Below the pieces are notes generated by a model, which was not told the DNA's origin, searched no databases, and worked only from the letters and a program-made list of their open reading frames with translations. A stretch of DNA of 64,000 bases from the human T2T-CHM13v2.0 reference genome, Homo sapiens: the NCBI GenBank assembly GCA_009914755.4, contig CP068257.2, positions 9,696,001 through 9,760,000 on the forward strand, written 5' to 3'. The position numbers and the translations under genes were made by a program. Below, piece by piece: positions 49,925 to 64,000 of this stretch (position 1 is its first letter; the number at the start of each line of letters is the position of its first letter).

Positions 49925-52560
49925 GGATATCAGGCTTCAAGTGTACACCCAGGCTCCATGTGGACACCAGGCCAGGAGAATGCCAGCCCTTATCTGAACA
50001 TCAGGTCCTAGATAGACGCCCAGGCTCCATATGTACATCAGGCCCCAGGTATACACTGGACTCCAGGTGGACACCACACTCAATTGGATACACACACTTA
50101 AGGTGGATACCAGGCCCCACGTGAATTCCTATACTCCAGGTGAACATCAGGTCCCAAGTGGATACCTGGACCCCAGATGAATACCAGTCTCTAAATTAAT
50201 ACCAGGCCTCAGATGGTCCTTAGGAACCATGTGGGCATTAGTCATCAGGAAGTTACCTAGGCCCAAAGTGGACATCAGGCCCCATGTTGACACAGATCTA
50301 GTTGGAAGTCAGGCACCAGGTGGACACCCAGGCCCTAGGTAAATACTTAGGTCCCAAGTTGACAGCAGGCCCTATGTGAACACTCAGAACTCAGGTGGAC
50401 ATCAGGCCTCAGGTGGACATCTGAGTTCATCTGGAACCTCATGTTACAGGCCCCATGTAAACACCAGGCCTTAGATGGATACCCAATCTCTAGGTAGACA
50501 TCAGAGCTCAGATTGACACAAAGACTCCACTAGACATAATGTACCAATGAATATCCAGGCGCCCGGTAAATACCCAGGCCCCAGATTGACACCATGGTCT
50601 ATGTGGACACACAGGCCCCGGGTAGTAAACAGGCCCAAGGTGGACACTGGACTGGACATCAGGTCCTAGGTTGACAACCGTGCTCCAAGTTGACACCAGG
50701 CCCCAAGTGAACATCTGGTCCCAGCTGGACACTAGTCCCCTGGTGAATACCTGGGCTCAAGGTTGACATCAGACCCTATGTGAACACTAGACCCCAGATA
50801 AACACTTATGCCCTAAGTGGACATCAGGCCTCAGGTGGTTACCCAGTCCCAAGGTGAACATCAGGACCCCGATGGGCACCAGTTATCAAGTGGATTCCTA
50901 GGCCCCAGGTGAATATCAAGCCCTAGGTGGATACCGAGCCCCAGGTGGATACCTGGATCCTGGTAGACATCAGGTCCCAAGAGGACACTAGAACCCAGGA
51001 GTACATTAGGCCACAGGTTAACACGAAGGCCCCAGATGAATACCAGGCCAACTTGTGGACATCAGGCCTGAGAAGGGTCCTTGGGCTCCAGGGGGATATC
51101 AGGCCCCAGGTGAACATCCAGCACTCAGATGAACATTAAGCTTCAGGTAGGCATCATGCCTCAGGTGAACTCCAGGCCCCAGCTGAACATCAGGTCCCAC
51201 GTGGATGCCCAGAATCCTGGTGCACATCTGGTCACAGTTGGACATTCAACCCCAGGTGACCATCAGGCCATGGGTGAATACACGGTTTCCAGGTAGACAT
51301 CAGATCAAAGGGGAACATCAGTCCCCCAGTGGACATCAGGCCCAAGGTGGACACTCAACTAGAGGTTTACATCAGGCCACATGTTGACACCTAGTCCCAG
51401 GTGGACATCAGGCCCCAGGTGGATACCTAGGCTTCCAGTGAATTTCAGACACCAGGTTGACATTCAGGCCCCCAGTGGTCATCTGGCCTCATGCGAACAC
51501 TCAGACCCCAGGTGCAAATGATGTCTCAACTGGATACCAAACCCCTAGTTTGATACCCAAGGCCCAGGTGGACACCAGGTCCAAGGCTGACACTCAAGCC
51601 CTGAGTGAATACCAAACTCTAGGTGAATAATTCAACCCAGGTGGTCATTAAGACCCAGCTGGATACCAGTCCCCAGGTTAACAGAAGGCCCCCGGTGGGC
51701 ACCTAGGCACCAGCTGGACATCAGGCCCTATGTAAACACCCAGGTCTCAGGTGAACACCATGTCCCAGGTGGACATCAGGCCCTAGGTGGACACGGGGCC
51801 ACAGGTGGACATCTAGCCCCTGGGCAACATCCAGCCCCAGGTGGACATAACCATTTCCATGGATAAACCATTCCCAGGTGGATAGCAGGCCTCAAGAGGA
51901 TGGCAGTCACCAGGTAGACATCAGGCCTCAGATAGACACCAAGGTCCCAGATGTACAGCAGGCCCCAACCGAACCCCAGACTCATGTGGACATCAGGCCA
52001 CAGGTAGACACCAAGCCTTAGGTAGATACCTAACTTCAGGTAGACATCAGACCCAAGGTGGACACCCAGTCCCCAGGTGGACAGTCAGGCCCCAGGCACA
52101 CATCAGGCCTTAAGTGGTCACCCAGGCCCCAGGTTAATATCCAGTTCCCAGGTGATCACCAAGCCCCAGGTAGACACCAGGCCGTAGGTGAGCAACAGGA
52201 TGCAGTAGGTCATCAGGCCACAGCTGGATACCAGTCCCTGGTGAACACAAGGCCCCAGTGGGACACAGATCTAAGGCAGACATTAGGCCCCAGGTGGATC
52301 TGGGTGGAATTCACCCTGAGGGGGACATTCGGCCCCAGGTACGCATCAGGCCTCAGCTGAATAACCAGTCCCCAGGTGGACATTAACCCACAGGTCAACC
52401 ACAGTCCCCAGGTTGATACCTTGTCCCCAGGTGGCTACTCAATCTGCAGGGTAACATTAGGCCCCTGTAGGATCCCAGGCCCCAAGTGGATTCCTAGGCC
52501 CCTGGTGAACATCAGGTGCAGGTGTCCAAGTAGGCCCTGGGTGGACATAACTGTGTACAG
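49925..52560 (-). repeat. 18-bp minisatellite, large inverted block (about 2.6 kb) forming a head-to-head junction with forward block 2
   Basis: From about 49925 the units read as caggtggacaccaggcc or ccaggtg.acatcaggcc, for example caggccccaggtatacactggactccaggtggacaccacac. The block ends near ccaggtgtccaagtaggccctgggtggacataactgtgtacagg. Confidence 0.95.
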
Positions 52561-52715
52561 GTAAGGAGTTGACCTATGGGGAGGATGAGCAGTCAGAAGC
52601 CCACTGGGGTCCTGCGTAGGTCTTCTGGAAGGGGGAGGCTGAGGGGATGGAACCTTAAAGAAGCAACCTCACTTCTTTGGCAACAGACCCTAACAGAACT
52701 TAGAATTCTGGTAAC

Positions 52716-53114
52716 CAGGCCAGGCACGGTGGCTCACACCTGTAATCCCAGCACTTTGGGAGGCTGAGGCAGGAGGATCATGAAACCAGGAGATCGAGAC
52801 CAGCCTGAACAACATGGTAAAACCACATGTCTACTAAAAATACAAAAAGCAAACAAGGTCAGGAGATCAAGACCATCCTGGCTAACACAGTGAAACCCCG
52901 TCTCTACTAAAAATACAAAAATTAGCCGGGCGTAGTGGTGGGCGCCTATAGTCCCAGCTACTCGGGGGGCTGAGGCAGGAGAAAGGCATGAACCCAGGAC
53001 ACGGAGCTTGCAGTGACCCAGATCACGCCACTGCACTCCATCCAGCCTGGGTGACAGAGCGAGACTCTGTCTCAAAACAGACAAACAAACAAACAAAAAA
53101 CAAACACAAAAAAA

Positions 53115-53115
<1 letters not shown>
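52716..53115 (+). mobile_element. Alu element (sense) with an internal duplication of about 75 bp and a (CAAA)n tail
   Basis: It starts ggccaggcacggtggctcacacctgtaatcccagcactttgggaggctgaggcaggaggatcatgaaaccaggagatcgagaccagcctgaacaacatggtaaaaccacatgtctactaaaaatacaaaaa. The motif ggtcaggagatcaagaccatcctggctaacacagtgaaaccccgtctctactaaaaatacaaaaattagccggg is then duplicated. It ends ...gagactctgtctcaaaacagacaaacaaacaaacaaaaaacaaacac. Confidence 0.8.
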
Positions 53116-53411
<296 letters not shown>

Positions 53412-53789
53412 TCAGGAATGGCAGGAGTGAGAGCCTTTCTTTTCCAACGATGCCCTTGTAAGCTCATCGCTCACCCCAGATGCCTCTGGCCATTTGACAG
53501 AAGGTCCCCCCAGGTACCACAGGACAGGAGTCACCAGGTAGACATCAGGCCCCAGATGGAGCTACCAGGCCAGGCCTCACCAGTGATCCCACCAGGGCCA
53601 CATCTGCACATTGTCCTTGTCCAGCTGGAGCCTCTGGAGCTCATTGAGACACAGGCACATGGTGAGGTCACCTGCAGTCTGGAAGTCTTTCCAGGGACAA
53701 TGTTTTCAGGCTGAAATTCCTTTAAATTCAGTGAGGTTGTTTTCATGTTTGGAAATTCCAGTGGAAAGTGAGTGATATTGGTGACCTCT

Positions 53790-54590
<801 letters not shown>

Positions 54591-54939
54591 ATGACTTCTT
54601 TCACTCCCTAATATTGTAGATGGTGTTTTTGAGGTGACGTTGAAAACCTCTGATAGTTGTGTATTTTGTTGTGGTTCTTTGGGTGATTAAATTACCATCT
54701 GATCAAGTGATATTGAAAACCCTTCAGGTATGGCTTTTAGAAGACTTTGACCTATTTTTGCTTGTGTTGACTCTCCCTCCAGCTTTGTGGAAAGAGGGAT
54801 CATGTAGGTTCATTTCTCAGGCAGATCAGTCACCTTTTGCTATCAAAGTTTTAGCATCCATTTCGAAAATTTGATGTACAAGTTGATATTTTGGTGTTTT
54901 TAGCTAATCTGGGGTCAAAACAGAATGCCATAGATGAGG

Positions 54940-55270
54940 AAGCTTATAAACAAATTTGTTTCTCTCTGTTCTGGAGATGGCAAAATTCAAGGTCAAGTGG
55001 TTAGCAGATTCCATGTCTGGTGTGGGCTTGCTTTGTGGTTCATAGACAGCCATGTTTCTACCATGTCCTCACATGACAGAAGGGATGAGGGAGCTTTCTA
55101 TGGTGCCTTCAATAGGGGCTACTAATCCCACTCCTGTGGTCCCTGCCTTCATGATCTAATCATTCCCCAAGGCCCTACCTCCAAATATCATCACATAGGG
55201 AATTAGATTTCAGCACTTGAATTTGAGGGGGACAATAACATTTGGTCTGTAGCATCAGGTTACCCAGAGC
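54940..55270 (+). mobile_element. Older L1-type 3'-end-like repeat
   Basis: The string ttataaacaaatttgtttctctctgttctggagatggcaaaattcaaggtcaagtgg...tcacatgacagaagggatgagggagctttctatggtgccttcaataggggctactaatcccactcctgtggtccctgccttcatgatctaatcattccccaaggccctacctccaaatatcatcacatagggaattagatttcagcacttgaatttgaggggg has the characteristic word pattern of this abundant primate repeat class. Confidence 0.4.
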
Positions 55271-55719
55271 CTTATGCATTCGGAGGAAATCCAAAATCTT
55301 CTATAAGTGTTTGCTGGTCCCCTCCGGGCTTAGGGGAATCTTTAATTGCAGCTCTTGATTCAGCTTGGTCCAAGCCGAAATTCTACGTTTGCCTGAGTAA
55401 CTTGTTCATGGGACAGAGGGAAGTATAGAGGCAACTGACCATTTGGAGTTTAGGACAATTGATGGAAGAGGGCTTGGCATCTGGATGAGAAGTGGAGGGA
55501 GAATAGAACAAAGGCACAGAAGGAGAGAGCACAATGAGAAAGGGGAAGAGGGACATCTGGACATAAGGGCCAACTGGAGGGCAGGGAAGGTAATTTTCCT
55601 TGCATTTTAGACTCAGACCACATATCACATCAGAATCACCTGAGGGAGACGTTTTCAATGCATATTCCTGGGTTTCTTCTCTTGGAAATTTGTATTAAAT
55701 CTTGAGTTGTGCTGATTTA

Positions 55720-56015
<296 letters not shown>

Positions 56016-57588
56016 ATTGTGGATAATTCTGATGCAATTAGAAAACAAAGCAGAGCTTGACAACCACTGGGTTGGGATGTATATCAGGAAGACATTTGAT
56101 TATGTAAAATAACTGCAAAGCAAACTGAAGGGGAAATATTTTAAACTGCTTGAATATAATTAGATAATTCAACTCTTCCTATGTATGTAGTTTGACCACG
56201 TATTTGATGTCTGCTATACTAAGATTGGAAATGTGTAGAAGTGTTTTTAAAAATCAGGTAGAAGCACAGAAAAAAGGAGTTGGAGAGAAAAGAAAACTAG
56301 CTATTGTCTGGTAACAAGAGAAGAGAAGGGAAACGAAGTAGCATATTTTTGTTCATTGTTTGATGGCATCTAAATTATAATCCCAAATATTTTTTTCTAA
56401 GAAATCCAATAATACAAGTATTCAGAGTGGAGTACCAACACTGATTTACTGGGAAAGAGAAGTGTAATCTGTTTTGCTGCATAATGTTGAGGGAGAAGGA
56501 AAGGAAAATTAGTTGAGTAAACAAGTAAGAGACTGGTCCTCAGGGAAGCTGTCTGCCTGAAAAATCACAACTACTGCACCTACAGATAAGCCCTGAACAG
56601 ATAAGCATGCAGGGTCCAGCACCGATGCCTTCTGTTCTTTGTGTAATTGGCAAGCTCCCAGGTAAAATTTTCCTCCCCTTTTCAGGCATATACATGGCGG
56701 CCTCTGTGGGAACTTGCACAGGGAGGAGGGGGGCTTACCTAAAACAAACCCACAGTTATACAAACAGGAGAAGCCCACTTTGTGCTTGACTAGAGACATA
56801 CCCACAGCTGGATATATAAAGAGAATTGTGCAGACAGTTTTATATATAGCTGAGAGGAGTTTCTTATAAAAGCTTTTTGATTCAACTGTAAAAACGGCAA
56901 TCCACTTGGACGCCCTTGTCTGCTGCAGAGAGCTTCCTCCTTTTGCTTATTAAACTTTCACTCCCACCTCACCCGTGTGTCCCTGTTCCTTAATCATCTT
57001 GGTGGTGAGATGAAGAACTCAAGGTGATACCTCACAAGAGAGACTGCTACATTGTGTTGCATTGGTGAGACTGCAACTTTAAGAAGTGTGACTTTTATTG
57101 CTGCTGAATTATTTTATCTCCTACCCAGTTGAAAATAAAGGATATAAAGTGCTTAGGTTGAACACAAAGTCCTCTGCTCTAGGTAACATCTTCAGCAGCC
57201 ACATTAGCAGAGGCATGGGTGGTAATGGTGGAATAGATGTCTCTTTGCTTCTGACAGGGTGTCTGCTTATGTGTTAAACAAAATAGTATGGTATATATTT
57301 CATTAAGAAATCTGCTAAAAAATGAAGTAAAAGAGGTTCATGTTCTTAAGAGGCACAGGATTTGCTACGGCAGCAAGACCAAAAGGCTTAAGTAACAAAA
57401 ATGTGCATAGTAGTTACAAACATTTTCATCTAAACAAAACAATGTGAGCATCTGCATATGACAATAACTCATGCAAAAATATTTTTAACTGAGATTGAAA
57501 TCATTTTATACATAACGTGTTATCACTGTATTCTCAGGTAATATATTGTTTGTATATAGATGTTATAAATAATAACTTATTTAAGTTA

Positions 57589-58520
<932 letters not shown>

Positions 58521-58824
58521 AGTTGTACTGCTGAAAACAAGAGCTACCAACAAAAAAATTTCAGGAAACCTAGTGTGATTATTTTTAATAGAAATCAATA
58601 TTTTAATACAGGTCTCTTGTTTTTTCTTGTGGAAATAAATGACAAGATGGAATTTCTGGGTGTTTGGTATCTGAATATTTAAGTATAGCAGGTATGGTCA
58701 GTTTTTCAAAGACATTTTACCATCTTACTTGTCCATCGGCAACTCATAAGATATGTGGAACAACGTCCTCTCCAACAACCTCTAGTATCAGTCTTTGTAA
58801 AGTTTGTCAATTAAATGGGTGTTT

Positions 58825-59270
<446 letters not shown>

Positions 59271-60039
59271 AATTATTATATTATTAAAAGATAACAGAAT
59301 ACCTAGCTAAAAAAAAAATGCAAGGAGGCATTGATGGGCACATGTTTACTGAGCACATCCTGACTCCAGAATTAAAAATCCAATTTATGCCTCTGTAGTC
59401 CAATAAAATTTTTCCTTAAGAATCCAGGGATCAGACTTTCATCTCAGCAACCACTCCAATATGGTTTCTCACCTACTCATTCCAACGAGCTGCTCATATC
59501 AAAATATAAGTGCTATCCATATTGTTAAATTATAAATTGAACCATAACTTCTCGGCCTTCATCTTAATTTATATATCAGCAGCATTTCACACAGTTGATC
59601 TCCACCTTCTCTTTGTAAAACTTTTTTATAGAATTCCAGAACACTTAACTTACTTTCCCCCCACCACGTTTTTGATAATTACCCCTAGTCCTTTTTTGCA
59701 GGTTTCATCTTTACTATTTTTTAAATGTTAGAGGACCATTAGGCTCAGGACTTTGACTTCTTATCTTTCTTATCTTTGCTTTCTTACTAATTTTTGTGTC
59801 ATTAATTTCCTGATATTTCATATTACACCTAAACACTGGACACTACACCCAACACTCCCTGACTTTTCCACGTGGATGTCAGTTAAGAATCTCAAAATTA
59901 ATATGTCTGTATGGAGCCACTGAAACTCCCAAAATTTGCTCTTCCCCATTCTGTTTAATGGCAACTCCCATTTTATAGTTTCTCAGCTCAATATTCTTGG
60001 TGTCCCCTTTTAATTCTGTCTCTGTAGCTCTGTCACTCT

Positions 60040-60170
60040 CTTCCTGTATCTGTCTGATTCTCTCCCTCTCTCTCCTCTCTCTCTTGCTCACTCTCACTCT
60101 TGCTCTCTTTCCCTGCTTCACACACACACAAACACACACAGACAGACACACACACACACACACACACATT
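60040..60170. repeat. Compound (CT)n then (CA)n microsatellite
   Basis: The first part reads tctgattctctccctctctctcctctctctcttgctcactctcactcttgctctctttccc. The second reads cacacacacaaacacacacagacagacacacacacacacacacacacaca. Confidence 0.85.
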
Positions 60171-61849
60171 TTCAGATCTGATGTGTATGGAATTCCTGCC
60201 AGCTTTACCTTTAAAGTGTAGTAATTCCAAATGTTGTTGAAAATTCACCTTCCCACCCCCACCACTTGGTAACTATAGCGCTTTCCACACAAGGCCAAGT
60301 GCACAGATTTCTTGGGGAAATAATGAGAACTATTATACACTCTTATTTCAAGGACCCTTAAAATTATAGGATTGCCATATTTGATACTAATTTAAGCTTC
60401 TGTCATTGCCCTTTTTTCAATCCAGTCTCCACACAGCTACCACAGTGTGCAAGTAGAAGTCTCAGCCATATCACCAAACTCCTGCTTTAATGTCCCTACT
60501 CCATTGCTTCTTTTCTCCTTCAGAAGAGTTTAAGCTTAATGAAGCTGGGCAACTTTACATATTTTTCCATGAGCTGGAGATCACTTGGTGTAAGGTAAAA
60601 ATGATCAGTAAATATTTTCAAATAACAGAATCTACGAATAATAGTCTTGTTTCTTTGAGAGTACATTGACTTTTAAAAATCAAGAAAATAGATTGGTCAA
60701 GAGAATTCTGCTTGTTTTGATTTTGTTATCCCTCGATTAGATTAACTGTGTTAGTATAAAAGTCAGTGTGGAAAGCTATAAGCAATTCCTAAACTTTAAA
60801 ATGAAAGGCATGGAATTTAAATATCTGTTCCTTTTATTCAAGCAACCAAAAAACATAACTTTTTAAATATATTTTATGTATGTATGAAATCTAAATTTAT
60901 TTTTCTCTCTTTATCCCTGAATACTTTTTAAAGTTATTCATGTCCTCATTATTTTTTAATCCACTTCAGTCACATTTTAAAATATATTTTCGACTTCATT
61001 AAGAATATCTTTGTGTTCCACTGAATAGCTTGCCAAATAATAAAACATTAGCAGTATAATTTCCTCATAAACTTTATTTAATTTGCTTGGTTAAACATAG
61101 ATTTCCTACTCTCAACTCATAATTTCATTCAAGTATAATATATTCTACTTGACATTTGCAGGGTTTTCATACCATGCATTTGTCATTGAAATTGGTTTTT
61201 GATATTTGAACCACTAGTTTATAATTGTCTTGTTGGTTAGACTGGTCTGTAGAATCTTTCTTTGTTTTGATTCTGTGGTTTATTCATTATGGAATAGCTG
61301 TGCTACTGTAAATTTTGAGGTCAAAAGCTTAAAACATTTTATGTATTTTAAAACAAAGTGGATGGCATTTAAATATCTATTCCTTAAAATTTGGAAGAAA
61401 GGTTAACACCATATAAACCCAGAGCCTGTTTTTTAGATTAGTAGCATGTAGACATTTTCAATTTCTTCTAAAGTTGAAAAAAATAAACATTTTATATTCA
61501 TAGAATGCTTGATGAAGGTAAATATTTAATTTTCACTTAAAAGAAATTTGGTTACATTGAAAGGAAATTTGGCTAATATAAGTGAGATACATATCTAATT
61601 AAAACAATAATTTAAGATAAATAATGCTCAAAGAACAGTGGTCGTTGCATTTATTCCAGAGAGAGGACAATTATCCTGATCTGGCTGTAATAACGTAGTA
61701 GGTAGAACTGCTGGCGTGGACACCCAAGCAAGGAAGGAAAGCTGGTGTCTCAAGGGGTCCCACTGAGATGGAAAGGGCTCAGGGCCCAGACTGTTGATGT
61801 CACCTGGACCCAACCACCACATCTTGGAAGAAGAAATGACCCTCCCTTC

Positions 61850-63994
<2,145 letters not shown>

Positions 63995-64000
63995 GTGCCC

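Noticed and set aside
43400-52560. Many 60-165 aa ORFs with hexapeptide periodicity (HLGPDV / PQVDIR motifs) in the minisatellite
   Set aside because: An 18-bp period is in frame by arithmetic, and stops interrupt every frame within about 150 codons. Orientation blocks flip, and there is no promoter or exon structure. I treat it as non-coding satellite.
37750-52560. CRISPR-like appearance of highly regular short direct repeats
   Set aside because: The context is eukaryotic (Alu and L1 rich). The units are contiguous with no unique spacers, the repeat lengths (18 bp and about 200 bp) and degeneracy fit satellites, and there are no cas genes.
43400-52560. Resemblance of the 18-mer (ccacctggggcc) to the PRDM9 hotspot 13-mer CCNCCNTNNCCNC
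   Set aside because: Position 7 of the motif requires T, but the repeat has G in the best register. There is no exact match, so I do not claim a recombination-hotspot motif. Only the E-box CACCTG is exact.

Overview
This window looks like primate (most likely human) genomic DNA from a repeat-dense, segmental-duplication-type region. I see no sign of a prokaryotic system: there are more than 20 Alu insertions, several with visible target-site duplications, plus young and old L1 fragments, a MIR and a putative ancient Deu-domain SINE. Interspersed repeats fill positions 1-35,000 and I found no convincing gene there. The distinctive part is 36,000-52,600. It begins with a roughly 1.3 kb CpG island that carries NRF1-like and YY1-like motifs and a possible first coding exon (ATG at 36963, consensus splice donor near 37042). 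That is followed by a CpG-rich macrosatellite of about 22 regular copies of a 190-215 bp unit, with degenerate copies and a 50-bp sub-repeat at its 5' side (37750-43400). Directly after it comes a roughly 9 kb array of a degenerate 18-bp minisatellite, about 500 units of consensus near GGCCTGATGTCCACCTGG, running 43400-52560. This array is arranged in blocks of alternating orientation, so it forms multi-kilobase imperfect inverted repeats, and it carries an L1 3'UTR fragment inside it. After an Alu cluster there is a GC-rich unique segment with a polyadenylation signal (53300-54600). The 3' end of the window (about 61900-64000) holds exons of a TBC1D3-family RabGAP paralog on the + strand. The clearest is a 121-bp exon at 62601-62721 with canonical splice sites, encoding [40 protein letters not shown]. 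That matches, at about 70% identity, the TBC-domain segment [40 protein letters not shown] of TBC1D3 as I recall it, which supports a pericentromeric chr17-like context. No rRNA, tRNA or CRISPR was detected. None of the six-frame ORFs inside repeats is credible coding sequence. All coordinates are approximate (within about 10 bp), placed by eye.
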